A stretch of DNA of 64,000 bases from a virus (Duplodnaviria > Caudoviricetes), in the IMG/VR virus record IMGVR_UViG_3300026549_000037, positions 105,638 through 169,637 of that record; one strand, given 5' to 3'. Below are positions 1 through 9,612 of the stretch, one piece after another. The notes beneath the pieces are model-generated. The model was not told where the DNA came from and did not search any database. It worked only from the letters and a program-made list of their open reading frames with translations. The position numbers and the translations under genes were made by a program. Every line of letters starts with the position of its first letter. Within the stretch, counting starts at the first letter, position 1.

Positions 1-5
1 ATACT

Positions 6-602
6 ATGACATACGCCATTGCAGGTATTCCTCTCATTAAAGATGGCAAAGATGTTATGTGGAAAGATTACGTTAAGCCACAGGGGTGGACTGGCAGTGA
101 ACTTTATTCAACTTATCATATTCTTCTGGGACTTAAGCCTAATGACAACAATATTTATATTATGGATTGGAAGTCCACTCGCAGTAATATGATTTCACCT
201 TATGCCGAAGCTTATTATAAGTTTAAGCCAATGGGCTTTACTAATCTCATTAAGCTGGATGGCGGTGGCTCAGAGATTATGAAGTATGAGGGCAAAACAG
301 TTCATGCTCTATCCGAAAACCGTATTATCAATGCGATTATTACTTTTGAGCGCAAGGGACAGCAGAATGAGTATGAAGTAAATACTCACAAGTTCCCCAC
401 TCGTGTACTTGTTCGTTGGTGCAAGGGTGATGATGTAAGTTGGATGCAGCAACAGCTTTGTAAAGCTGGTTTTACTTGTGATATTGATGGCAGTTTTGGT
501 ACAGGTACTTACAACACTCTAAAGGCTTATCAGAAGTCTCGTGGGCTTGAAGTTGATGGTAAGTGTGGACCTGCAACTCGTCAGCGACTTTCTCAGGAGT
601 AA
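6..602 (+). CDS. Phosphodiester glycosidase (NAGPA-like) domain plus C-terminal peptidoglycan-binding domain; probable cell-wall enzyme, probably 5'-truncated by the window edge
   Basis: LDGGGS motif; C-terminal GDDVSWMQQQL..G..DGSFG..T..A.Q...GL.VDG.CGPAT is the PG_binding_1 pattern. Confidence 0.75.
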   Translation: MTYAIAGIPLIKDGKDVMWKDYVKPQGWTGSELYSTYHILLGLKPNDNNIYIMDWKSTRSNMISPYAEAYYKFKPMGFTNLIKLDGGGSEIMKYEGKTVHALSENRIINAIITFERKGQQNEYEVNTHKFPTRVLVRWCKGDDVSWMQQQLCKAGFTCDIDGSFGTGTYNTLKAYQKSRGLEVDGKCGPATRQRLSQE

Positions 603-645
603 TAAAATAAACTTTAAGGTTTGTCAGGATTTTTCTTAAAAGGTC

Positions 646-674
646 TTGACAAACCTTTTTTCTTTTGTTATAAT
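646..674 (+). promoter_or_regulatory. sigma-A promoter
   Basis: TTGACA-17-TATAAT with extended -10 TG. Confidence 0.85.
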
Positions 675-704
675 AAACACATAAAAATAAAGGAGTATGA
701 TGTT

Positions 705-1148
705 ATGGAAATCGCCGCTTCTTATCTGGTAAATTATACTACTTATCAACCTAATTTTATTGTTGTAAGTGCGCCTGTGTTTTTGTGTGTCGGAGCTTTT
801 GTAAGTCTCCTTGTTTGTGCATCTACCATTGATAACATTATCCGTCAAATCGCAACCAGAATTGGATTAGGTCTTTTTATCCTTGCTATTAGTTGGTCTT
901 CTATTATAAACACTAAAATTGTAGAAAATTATCACTATTATCAGGTTCAGGAAATTTATATCCATGACTATGATATTTCTCTTAAAACCTACATGGAAGA
1001 TTATGAGATTCTTGACTCTACTCCTGTTTCAATTACAGTTCGTTCAAGAGATTGGAAGAACGAATATCCCGAATTAGTTGGTAAGAAAACTGATTTCGAC
1101 ATTAAAACCATTGACGCTGAAAACAACCCGTTAGGAAAGGATAATTAA
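705..1148 (+). CDS. Membrane protein (2 TM), paralog-like to 14302 and 15427
   Basis: AGGAG RBS before ATG705; two hydrophobic segments. Confidence 0.7.
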   Translation: MEIAASYLVNYTTYQPNFIVVSAPVFLCVGAFVSLLVCASTIDNIIRQIATRIGLGLFILAISWSSIINTKIVENYHYYQVQEIYIHDYDISLKTYMEDYEILDSTPVSITVRSRDWKNEYPELVGKKTDFDIKTIDAENNPLGKDN

Positions 1149-1149
1149 A

Positions 1150-1563
1150 ATGGTTTACGAATACACTACGACAGTTAATTTTCCTCTTGTAAGTTATACT
1201 ACCGCTGGGTGGTATACAACTATAAAAGCAATTAAAAATATGATAAGATATTATAATGGACATAAAAATTGCAGAGCTCCTGTAGTAATCGAGACAGAAA
1301 CGGGAGATAAAGTCGTTGGAACTGTTGACTCTTCTAAAAGAATAATTTTTGAGGGTATTGTAGAAGAGGGTTGTTTTTGTCACGTTAAAATTCCCGTTCT
1401 TTTGCGGACTGATTTTAATATAGACCAGCTCAATTATTTTGTTGCAATAGACCTTTATAAAGTAGAAAGAGATTTTCTTTATTATAATATGCTTAATTCC
1501 TTTAAAATTCAACAAGTTGTTATTGTCCCCAAAAAAACGAAGGAGAATAAAAATGAGTTATGA
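1150..1563 (+). CDS. hypothetical protein
   Basis: ORF abutting neighbours in operon. Confidence 0.65.
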   Translation: MVYEYTTTVNFPLVSYTTAGWYTTIKAIKNMIRYYNGHKNCRAPVVIETETGDKVVGTVDSSKRIIFEGIVEEGCFCHVKIPVLLRTDFNIDQLNYFVAIDLYKVERDFLYYNMLNSFKIQQVVIVPKKTKENKNEL

Positions 1564-1927
1564 TATTAGTTTTCGAGTAAAGGTTGAGGGCTTAGATAAT
1601 GTATATGTCGAGCCTTATGGTGATAACACCGATGCAAATATTACTTGGAATGTTCGAGAAATGATTATTAAGTCTACAGGACTTAAGAATTGGTGCGCTG
1701 AGGGTTGTCTTGGACTTTGTAAGGATATTATTCCACACATTGCAAATGGTTTGGCAGAGCTTGAAAAGTATCCCGAAAAGTATAAGCAATATGAATCCCC
1801 AAATGGTTGGGGAACTGTAAAAGGACTTAAACATTTCTTTGCTTGGATTATTAATGACTGGACTTCATATTGCGAAGATTATTCTACAGAAAACCTTGCA
1901 GACGTAACATATTTTTATATTTGTTAA
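1553..1927 (+). CDS. Conserved phage hypothetical protein (NITWN...PNGWG type)
   Basis: AGGAG RBS; MSYDI start; NGWG motif. Confidence 0.75.
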   Translation: MSYDISFRVKVEGLDNVYVEPYGDNTDANITWNVREMIIKSTGLKNWCAEGCLGLCKDIIPHIANGLAELEKYPEKYKQYESPNGWGTVKGLKHFFAWIINDWTSYCEDYSTENLADVTYFYIC

Positions 1928-1940
1928 AAGGAGAAATTAA

Positions 1941-2207
1941 ATGAATTTCTTTGAAGAAAAAACTGACATCTACTACGAAAAATTTTCTTTTTGGGCTTTT
2001 GCCACCCTGTTCACTTTAATTCAGTCCACACTTAGTAGCTATCCTCTTTTGTGGTATATTGTAGGTTGTATTTATTTTATTTTTGCTTGTTATTATCATT
2101 GGCATTATTTTGAATCTTATTATCATCTGCATGATATTAATGACATGAATAATTACACGGCTTCTTTAAGTCGCTGGATTGCGGAGAAGAATCGTGACCT
2201 TTCCTAA
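1941..2207 (+). CDS. small membrane protein
   Basis: RBS; two hydrophobic stretches. Confidence 0.65.
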   Translation: MNFFEEKTDIYYEKFSFWAFATLFTLIQSTLSSYPLLWYIVGCIYFIFACYYHWHYFESYYHLHDINDMNNYTASLSRWIAEKNRDLS

Positions 2208-2577
2208 GAAAATTCGAGAACAAGTCTATAATAAATATGATGGACACTGTGCATATTGCGGACGTAAAATTGAGTATAAAGATATGCAGATAGACCATTT
2301 CATTCCTCAAAGACGATGGAATGCAGAGCGGAGTAACGATATTAGTAACCTAATGCCAAGTTGCAGGTCTTGCAATCATTATAAACGAGCTCATTCTCTT
2401 GAAACATTTCGCAGATATATTTTTGAAATCCCTAAAAAGCTCAAAGAAAATTATATTTATAAAATTGGCTTGATTTATGGGAATGTAATTGAAAATGAGC
2501 ATCCAATCAAATTCTATTATGAGGAATGTGAGGAAAAGAAGCACCATGACTTTAGCAGAACTAAAAAAGATAGTTGA
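2194..2577 (+). CDS. HNH endonuclease
   Basis: CAYCG...IDHFIP...NLMPSCRSCNHYK. Confidence 0.9.
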   Translation: MTFPKKIREQVYNKYDGHCAYCGRKIEYKDMQIDHFIPQRRWNAERSNDISNLMPSCRSCNHYKRAHSLETFRRYIFEIPKKLKENYIYKIGLIYGNVIENEHPIKFYYEECEEKKHHDFSRTKKDS

Positions 2578-2911
2578 TTCTTATTGTGAGACAAAGTATG
2601 TAACCCCTGATGAAGTCAATGTAATTATTACTTTGGAAGAAATGTCAATCGGACCTCGTGCTGGAACAGGGGTTGAAAGTATTTTTATGGGATTCGATTG
2701 GGAACATAATCAGCTTCGTATTCAGCCGAAAGAAAAACTTGTTCGATACAATAAACAGAGAGATACTCCAAAAGATATTCTATATTATAAATTGCAGGAC
2801 TTTCATTATTGCCCTACTTGTCAACATCCCCTAAAAAAGACTGAGACCCGCAATAATAATTTTTGTCCTTTTTGTGGGCAACGTTTTTCAAAAAATATTA
2901 AAGAGATTTAA
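2546..2911 (+). CDS. hypothetical protein with C-terminal Zn ribbon
   Basis: CPTC...CPFCG. Confidence 0.7.
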   Translation: MTLAELKKIVDSYCETKYVTPDEVNVIITLEEMSIGPRAGTGVESIFMGFDWEHNQLRIQPKEKLVRYNKQRDTPKDILYYKLQDFHYCPTCQHPLKKTETRNNNFCPFCGQRFSKNIKEI

Positions 2912-2928
2912 TTAATAGGAGCACAAAC

Positions 2929-3339
2929 ATGAAAATCAATCGTTATAAGCTCACTCCCGATTTTATTAACTTATCTCAAGATAAGCAGATTGAGTTTCTT
3001 CTTGCAAATGGATTTAAAGAAGGATTTTGGGGCGCTCAAAAAGATGAGAGAGAACATCTATGGTACAGTTCTAAAAATTTTGTTATCCATAGTTCAATTG
3101 ATTGTAATGTAACGGTAGACCTTTTACATCTTGATGAGTGGAACGATTACGACTATATTGCTATTGACGATGAAGATTTCGGACAGTATTATCAGCCCTT
3201 TTATGATTGCATGATTGGCAAAAAGCAAATCGGAAAATGGGAATTTATGGCAAAATGTGCTCAAAAATATAACGAAAAAATGGCAAAATTTTGCGACATT
3301 CAACTTCTTATGCTTGGAGAATATCCACAAGGAGAATAA
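2929..3339 (+). CDS. hypothetical protein
   Basis: AGGAG RBS. Confidence 0.7.
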   Translation: MKINRYKLTPDFINLSQDKQIEFLLANGFKEGFWGAQKDEREHLWYSSKNFVIHSSIDCNVTVDLLHLDEWNDYDYIAIDDEDFGQYYQPFYDCMIGKKQIGKWEFMAKCAQKYNEKMAKFCDIQLLMLGEYPQGE

Positions 3340-3528
3340 AAATGAACAATGTTTTTGAATATGTGCTAAGTTCTATTGACTCTAATGATTTTTGCAATGC
3401 ATATTATGATGCAAGCGCAGAAGAAAAGAAACTATTTTTTGAACTACTTATTAAGAAACTGTATGATGCAGTATACTAACATTTTAATTGTTAGTGTGAA
3501 ATAAAAATGTTATAATACCGAGGTCTTT

Positions 3529-3936
3529 ATGCCGTCTGAAAAAACGATACAATCTTATTTTGCAAAAGCTAAAAAAGCATCTGAGCAAGCAACTTATCCA
3601 AAACAGAAAATTGGTTCTGTTATGGTATATTCTGGCAAGGTGATAGCTGTTGGCTATAACACTTTTAAGACTAACCCTCTTCAAAAATACTATAACAAAT
3701 ATCGTTTTAGCTCTGACCCTAAAAATAATGGTCTTGTTCATGCTGAAACGATGTTGCTGCTAAAGACAAGATTCCTTGATTTAGATTGGAGCAAAGTCTC
3801 TATTTACACTTATAGGGAATATAAAGATGGTTCTTTAGCACTTGCGAGACCTTGTATAGCGTGTCAAACGGCTCTGGAAGAGCGAGGTATTATTAATGTA
3901 TATTATACTACACCGAAAGGTTGGGAGAAATTGTAA
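3529..3936 (+). CDS. Zn-dependent cytidine/dCMP deaminase-family protein
   Basis: HAE and PCxxC (ARPCIAC) motifs. Confidence 0.85.
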   Translation: MPSEKTIQSYFAKAKKASEQATYPKQKIGSVMVYSGKVIAVGYNTFKTNPLQKYYNKYRFSSDPKNNGLVHAETMLLLKTRFLDLDWSKVSIYTYREYKDGSLALARPCIACQTALEERGIINVYYTTPKGWEKL

Positions 3937-3976
3937 TGATAGAGGTAATTAAAATTGCGATTTTATTCTGTTAAAA

Positions 3977-4024
3977 TTACTATATCTTGTGTTTTCAAAA
4001 TCTTCTGACCACAATATATTGTGG
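3977..4024. promoter_or_regulatory. Tandem NrdR-box-like sites
   Basis: ttaCTATATcTTGtgt (3977-3992) and ccaCAATATATTGtgg (4009-4024), 32 bp apart; match the acaCwAtATaTwGtgt consensus. Confidence 0.65.
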
Positions 4025-4152
4025 TTGAAAACAGGTTTTTTGACCGAAAACCACAATTTTTCGTTTTTATCTATTTTTTGCTCCTATTAAAAACGAATAT
4101 TATCGAGAACAGGAAAGTTTTGCTGGCTGTAAGGACTTTAAGAGGTAGATGT

Positions 4153-4335
4153 ATGAAAATTATTGTAGACACCATTCCCAAATATTCCTACGATTGTATT
4201 TTTTGTGGAAATAAATATTACGGCGTTTGCTCTATTAGCGAATGTCAATGTGAATTGGAGAAAAGAAAAGATTGTCCCTATCTTATGACTATTGATGATT
4301 ATCTATCTGAGGAGAAACATAATGAGGATTGTTGA
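4153..4335 (+). CDS. small Cys-rich protein
   Basis: GAGG RBS; CxxC...C...CP. Confidence 0.6.
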   Translation: MKIIVDTIPKYSYDCIFCGNKYYGVCSISECQCELEKRKDCPYLMTIDDYLSEEKHNEDC

Positions 4336-4567
4336 AAATAACGCTCCTGTAAAAAGAGAAAAATGTTGGAATTGCAATTCTATTCTTAAATTAAATCTAA
4401 CAGATTATGATACAGACGAACATTTTGAAAGTGACTCAACTTCTTATGACGGGAATTTTCATTCTTCTTTTATGACTTATTTTGTTTGTCCTTGTTGTCG
4501 CAAGAAAAATTATTGCGCTGTTACTATTGATGGTGAAAAAGCTGACCTTAAATATTTCAACCGATAA
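4322..4567 (+). CDS. small Zn-ribbon protein
   Basis: CWNC...CPCC. Confidence 0.65.
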   Translation: MRIVENNAPVKREKCWNCNSILKLNLTDYDTDEHFESDSTSYDGNFHSSFMTYFVCPCCRKKNYCAVTIDGEKADLKYFNR

Positions 4568-4613
4568 TTAACTATAATAAATAAAAACTAACTTTTAATT
4601 GAGGTATTTTTAA

Positions 4614-4976
4614 ATGACACATGAACAGTTTAACCGTCTTGTAGACGAACTTGAGAATACACGAGTGAAAACTCTTAAGGAAAAGAATGCTCGCTATTCT
4701 CAGCCTGATGATGCACTTCACAATTTTGACGAGGGTGCTAAGATTATGTCTTGTACTTCTGCCCAGTGCGCTTGGAATTATGCTACTAAGCATATTATCG
4801 CTCTTCGTGATATGGTGCTAACTAATAATTTTAGTAATCGAGATGATGTTCTTGAGAAGATTCAGGATATTCAGAATTACCTAACCTTTATTTGGTGCAT
4901 TTCTGAGGAAGAGCGTGAGAAGCTAACCACAAGTGACACTTGTGTTCAAACCGTTTCTGCTAAGAAAAAGAAGTAA
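4614..4976 (+). CDS. Nucleotide-modification-associated all-alpha protein (DUF1599/NMAD-like)
   Basis: KNARYS..DALHNF...K...D..NY pattern. Confidence 0.55.
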   Translation: MTHEQFNRLVDELENTRVKTLKEKNARYSQPDDALHNFDEGAKIMSCTSAQCAWNYATKHIIALRDMVLTNNFSNRDDVLEKIQDIQNYLTFIWCISEEEREKLTTSDTCVQTVSAKKKK

Positions 4977-5007
4977 AAATTTTTTTGAAAAAATTTCTCT
5001 ATAGCAC

Positions 5008-5036
5008 TTGACAAACTATCTGTCAGGTGCTATAAT
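5008..5036 (+). promoter_or_regulatory. sigma-A promoter
   Basis: TTGACA-17-TATAAT. Confidence 0.85.
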
Positions 5037-5095
5037 CCTAATATCAAAACAAGCGACCGACTCAGCAAAACTCAAAATAAATTAAGCGGTCGAGA

Positions 5096-6805
5096 ATGGA
5101 GAATATTATGTATAATAACATTAACAAGAATTCCAAGAAGAACTCTAACAAGGCTTGGTCTCCTAAGCCCGAAAAGCCTATGCGTCAGAAGTCGGACAAG
5201 GAGAAGTTCTTCGACAAGATGGAAAAGACTAACAAGGGCTTCTATGTTCGTGCGGTTGTTCCTAAGTCTTTGCCCGACAATATGACCTATACCACCAATG
5301 GTGCTGTGGCATATTCCACTACTTCTTCTGCTCTTCTTGATATGTTTACCAAGTTGGTAAGCTACCGTTCTCTGGACGAGAAGCAGATTGTCACCGATTG
5401 GCGCAAGGCTTTCAATGAGAATCCTTATCTTGCTATGCGTTTCCTTGGCTATACGATGGACATTCGTTGCGGTGCTGGCGAGCGTCGCTTCACTCAGATT
5501 GTCATTCGTGACCTTGTAAAGAATGGCGGTGCAAGCATTGCTGCAAAGCTCGTTCCTCTGATTGGCGAGTATTCTCGCTATGATATGCTTTATCAGTTCC
5601 GTGGCAACCCCACTTCTGAAAAGGCTGTCCGCGATTTCCTTAAGAAGCAGTTTGCTGAGGACATGGAGAACATGAAGCAGCATAAGTCTATTTCTCTGCT
5701 TGGAAAGTGGCTTGATAAGCCCAATTCTCACTCTAAGCAGACCCGTGATAATGGTCTTTGGACTGCAAAGCAGTTGAACATGACTGAACGCAACTATCGT
5801 AAGGCTCTGTCTGCTCTTCGTAAGTATCTTGATGTTGTTGAGCGCAAGATGTCTTCGGATAATTGGGCTGCTATCGACTACGAAACTGTTCCCTCTAAGG
5901 CTAATCTTAACTACAACAAGGCATTCCTGCGCCATGATACTGAGCGCCGTCAGGCTTTTCTTGCTGCTCTCAAGACTGGTGAGGCTAAGATTAATGCTTC
6001 TGTGGCGAATCCCTGTGATATTGTCAATAAGTACATGAATTTGAGTGGTCGTTGGTATGGACTTCCTCAGAGGGCTGATGATACTCTTGAGGGTATGTGG
6101 AAGGCTTTGCCTGATATGATTCCCGATGATAAGGGTATGCTTGTCGTGTGTGACTGCTCTGGTTCTATGGAGAGTGGTATTGGTGGTAACACTAATATGC
6201 GTTGCATTGATGTTGCTATGTCTCTCGCCATTTATTGCGCAGACCATCTCAAGGGTGCTTTTGCAAACAAGTATATCACCTTTAGTGCTGACCCTCATAT
6301 TGTACGCTTTAATGATAACGATAGCCTCTGTAACAAGCTTCGTAAGACTTGGGAGTGTCAGGATGGCTCTAATACCAATCTGGAAAAGGTCTTTGACCTG
6401 ATTCTTAAGACCGCTATTGACAACCATTCTCCCCAGTCTGACCTGCCTGAGCGCATTCTCATTGTCTCTGATGGCGAGTTCGATTCCATGTGCGATGCTA
6501 AGGTAAATCGTCATGGCTGGTACAGTTATCGTACTCCTGTTGACAAGACCTTTATGCAGGAGATTAATCAGCGCTTCAAGAATGCTGGGTATAAAATGCC
6601 AATTATTACCTTTTGGAGAGTAAATTGCAGCAATCGTCTTGCCCTGCCTTTCAAGGTTGATGACCGCGGTTGTATCATGGTTTCGGGTTATAGCACGAAT
6701 CTCCTCAAGATGGTTTTGTCTGATAAGACCAATCCTATGGAGGCTCTTCTTGAACAGCTTAATGTTCCTCGTTATGACTGCTTCGAGGCAGCATACAGCG
6801 CATAA
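5096..6805 (+). CDS. DUF2828-family protein with C-terminal vWA domain (Ro/TROVE-like architecture)
   Basis: TTNGA..YSTT..ALLD, DIRCGAGERR, DCSGSM MIDAS, VSDGEFD, FWRV, VSGYS. Confidence 0.85.
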   Translation: MENIMYNNINKNSKKNSNKAWSPKPEKPMRQKSDKEKFFDKMEKTNKGFYVRAVVPKSLPDNMTYTTNGAVAYSTTSSALLDMFTKLVSYRSLDEKQIVTDWRKAFNENPYLAMRFLGYTMDIRCGAGERRFTQIVIRDLVKNGGASIAAKLVPLIGEYSRYDMLYQFRGNPTSEKAVRDFLKKQFAEDMENMKQHKSISLLGKWLDKPNSHSKQTRDNGLWTAKQLNMTERNYRKALSALRKYLDVVERKMSSDNWAAIDYETVPSKANLNYNKAFLRHDTERRQAFLAALKTGEAKINASVANPCDIVNKYMNLSGRWYGLPQRADDTLEGMWKALPDMIPDDKGMLVVCDCSGSMESGIGGNTNMRCIDVAMSLAIYCADHLKGAFANKYITFSADPHIVRFNDNDSLCNKLRKTWECQDGSNTNLEKVFDLILKTAIDNHSPQSDLPERILIVSDGEFDSMCDAKVNRHGWYSYRTPVDKTFMQEINQRFKNAGYKMPIITFWRVNCSNRLALPFKVDDRGCIMVSGYSTNLLKMVLSDKTNPMEALLEQLNVPRYDCFEAAYSA

Positions 6806-6808
6806 CTC

Positions 6809-6836
6809 AAAAGGGTAGGTTTTCCTACCCTTTTTC
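6809..6836 (+). terminator. intrinsic terminator
   Basis: aaaagggtagg-tttt-cctaccc-ttttt. Confidence 0.85.
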
Positions 6837-6855
6837 TCTAAAAGGAGAATACTTA

Positions 6856-7326
6856 ATGTTTGATAAAACCTATCTTTTATCTCCTCAAGGACAAGCAGAT
6901 TATAAAGCTTGGATTAAAAAACTAACAGATATTGCCGCAAAAGAAGCTGGCGTTTCTGCAACAATAGATAACGATGGAGAACCTGTTCTTATGCTTATCC
7001 GAGGAAGTGACCATGTACCAGAGAAGCTAAGAGATAAAAACGCAAATCTTTATGTAATTAAAGTCACAATTGAAATTAAAGATATTCTTATGCGAGAACT
7101 TGAAGAAGTTGAAGCAACAATCAGAAACTACAACTTCCCAAAAGAAGCTCTTCCAGAAGTATACGAAGGTGTAGAAGAATCTATTATCTCTTTTTTAAAA
7201 ACTCGTTTTATTGAACGAGAAGAAATTCTTCGTAAGGCAGAAGAAGAAAACAAATTCCAAATTTATGACTTCTTTGATAAGGAGGATAAGACCGATGAAA
7301 ATTCAGCAGGTAACAAACAATCCTGA
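6856..7326 (+). CDS. hypothetical protein
   Basis: AGGAG RBS. Confidence 0.7.
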   Translation: MFDKTYLLSPQGQADYKAWIKKLTDIAAKEAGVSATIDNDGEPVLMLIRGSDHVPEKLRDKNANLYVIKVTIEIKDILMRELEEVEATIRNYNFPKEALPEVYEGVEESIISFLKTRFIEREEILRKAEEENKFQIYDFFDKEDKTDENSAGNKQS

Positions 7327-7652
7327 CCTTATTGTAATTGATAGTCGTTGGCGAATTTCTCTCTCCACTGGTGAGATAACTGACTTTGATGGGACTAAGG
7401 CGTATGACCCTCCCGAATATATTTTCAAATTCCGTGACGAAGCGTTAGCTGGAAAGTGAGCATATTATGGAATATATTTCAAAGAAAGATTTGATTGAAA
7501 AGCTTGAATATACCCTTTGCGATATTTTCTCTTATGTTGATGATTACCCTGAATATACCGAAAAGGGTTTTTCGAAAGAGCTTGTAAATGAAATTATCAA
7601 TTCTCTTCCAACCATTACTCTTTCTGACGATTAAAAATATTTCAAAAAACTC

Positions 7653-7698
7653 TTGACAAATGCCTTTTGGTATGTTACTATTAAAGCATACCAAGAGG
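7653..7698 (+). promoter_or_regulatory. sigma-A promoter with inverted repeat around the -10
   Basis: TTGACA-17-TACTAT; ccttttggtatg / cataccaagagg. Confidence 0.75.
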
Positions 7699-7724
7699 TT
7701 ATTTATTTTTTAAGGAGTTTATAT

Positions 7725-8150
7725 ATGTTTTCGGTTGAAACTGCTATTGTTGACGAGATTGTAAGATACAATAAAGTAGATTGTCCTTTTGTTCTTACCT
7801 CAAATTTTCCAGAAGATGTTAAAGAAAAAGTAAATAAAAATTTTAAAGACATTTATAATTTGCCTACTCTTTGGAGATTACATAAGGCATCTTGTTCTTC
7901 GCCTGAATTTCCTGTTTACGATTTTCAATTTTTTAATCTAAAAAGATTGGCTTGGGAAACTTCTTATCTAAAAATGAAAGATGTATCAGAATGGAAAGAA
8001 TATCTTGAGGGAAAACTTATGCTTGGATTTAATCGAGGCAGAATTCAGTACGATACTCTCATTAACAACGCAAAAGAATTTCTAAAAAACGAAGAGGGTT
8101 GCGTAATTTATGACGCAACAACTACACCAGAATGGAGGACAAAAGAATGA
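7725..8150 (+). CDS. hypothetical protein
   Basis: AGGAG RBS before ATG7725. Confidence 0.7.
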   Translation: MFSVETAIVDEIVRYNKVDCPFVLTSNFPEDVKEKVNKNFKDIYNLPTLWRLHKASCSSPEFPVYDFQFFNLKRLAWETSYLKMKDVSEWKEYLEGKLMLGFNRGRIQYDTLINNAKEFLKNEEGCVIYDATTTPEWRTKE

Positions 8151-8731
8151 TTCAGATTCGTAATAATGTGTTTGAGACAAATTCTTCATCAACACATTCT
8201 CTTTGTATTTCAAAAGAGAAATTTGACCCTAAAAATATTCCTGAGTACCTTAATATTACTGCGGATGAGGATTTTGAGTGGTCTCAAATTACCTATGATA
8301 CTCCCGAAGAAAAAGCCAACTACATTTTTGAAGTAATGTGCGAATGTGGGAAATTAGCTGAGATTAAGGATTTTAAAAACAAAATTAAAAAGCTTGGAAT
8401 CAAGGCAAGCTATCCAAGGCTTGTCAAAGATAGGTGGGATTGTATTGATATTAGAGGTGATGTAGACCATGCAGGAGAAGCTGTCCCATTTGTTCACGAG
8501 CTTTTGAAAGATAACGATAAACTTTGTCGTTTTCTATTTAATCCTAAGAGTGTTATTTACACGGGCAGCGACAGTGAAGATGATGGCGACGCAAGTTGTT
8601 ATGTGGCAGAAGCAGCAGAAAACAATGGCTATACTTGGGGATATGATGAAAACGAAGATTGGAACGAAACTCACCATATCCATCCAATGTATGACCCTGA
8701 ACATTATGAATATTTCTTTAAGGGGAACTAA
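8147..8731 (+). CDS. FETNSSS-motif phage protein (paralog 1)
   Basis: N-terminus MIQIRNNVFETNSSSTHSL. Confidence 0.8.
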   Translation: MIQIRNNVFETNSSSTHSLCISKEKFDPKNIPEYLNITADEDFEWSQITYDTPEEKANYIFEVMCECGKLAEIKDFKNKIKKLGIKASYPRLVKDRWDCIDIRGDVDHAGEAVPFVHELLKDNDKLCRFLFNPKSVIYTGSDSEDDGDASCYVAEAAENNGYTWGYDENEDWNETHHIHPMYDPEHYEYFFKGN

Positions 8732-8733
8732 AA

Positions 8734-8994
8734 GTGTACAACTTAATGAGTAATAAATTTGACCGTCTTGGTGCTCGTATTTATGCAGTAACTTTTCTTG
8801 AATATACCAGCGCTCTACAAAATTGTGTGTCTTACAATCCAACACACGAAATCGGTAAAGCAGAATATATTTATACTGAACAAGGCACAGGTAAAATTCT
8901 TGTAAGCGAAACTAATATTGATAAAATTAAGAAGTTTGGCATTAAAGATTTAACCTTTGTGGGCTATCTTCCTGATAATCTTTTCTATCTTTAA
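8734..8994 (+). CDS. hypothetical protein
   Basis: ORF in operon. Confidence 0.6.
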   Translation: MYNLMSNKFDRLGARIYAVTFLEYTSALQNCVSYNPTHEIGKAEYIYTEQGTGKILVSETNIDKIKKFGIKDLTFVGYLPDNLFYL

Positions 8995-9009
8995 TTGAGG
9001 TGATTTTAA

Positions 9010-9612
9010 ATGATTCAGATTCGAGACAATACTTTCGAAACAAATTCCAGTTCCAGTCACTCCCTAATTATTACTGATTTCGATGGCAAGTATACGCCCG
9101 AAGAAATGATGAAGGGTATCTATCTTTGGAATGATAAGGAAACAAGAATGTACGAAAACAATCTTGAATTTTATCGTTCTCCTTTTTCTCTACTTGCAAC
9201 TTTTGAATCTAAGTCTCGTTATGCTATTGCATCTTCACAGGGTCATTTAGCTGATGAAGTTGAAAAAATTTGGCATAAGTATATTCCAAATTTTAATGGA
9301 TTTAAATTTGATATGAAAACCGAAGAATACGACTATGACAAAAAGGAATGGGTAGACCTTGACGAACCTAAGCCTATTTACGGTGGAACTGATGATTACC
9401 AAATCGAGGGTTGGCTTAAAAGTTACAATGTAAGCCTTGAAGATTTTCTCACAATGCGTCGTTATATGGTGGTTTGCGATGGAGACGAAACGCACGAATG
9501 GTATCACATTCTTGATAGCGGTCTTGTGGATAAATCTCACATTATCCATGACAGTGAAAAAGAAGTTGCGGAAGCGTGGAAGAGAAAGTACGAAGAGGAA
9601 AACAAAAAGTGA
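9010..9612 (+). CDS. FETNSSS-motif phage protein (paralog 2)
   Basis: N-terminus MIQIRDNTFETNSSSSHSL. Confidence 0.8.
   Translation: MIQIRDNTFETNSSSSHSLIITDFDGKYTPEEMMKGIYLWNDKETRMYENNLEFYRSPFSLLATFESKSRYAIASSQGHLADEVEKIWHKYIPNFNGFKFDMKTEEYDYDKKEWVDLDEPKPIYGGTDDYQIEGWLKSYNVSLEDFLTMRRYMVVCDGDETHEWYHILDSGLVDKSHIIHDSEKEVAEAWKRKYEEENKK

Noticed and set aside
5072-6514. 480-aa - strand ORF
   Set aside because: Antisense shadow of the codon-biased DUF2828 gene; no RBS or recognisable motifs.
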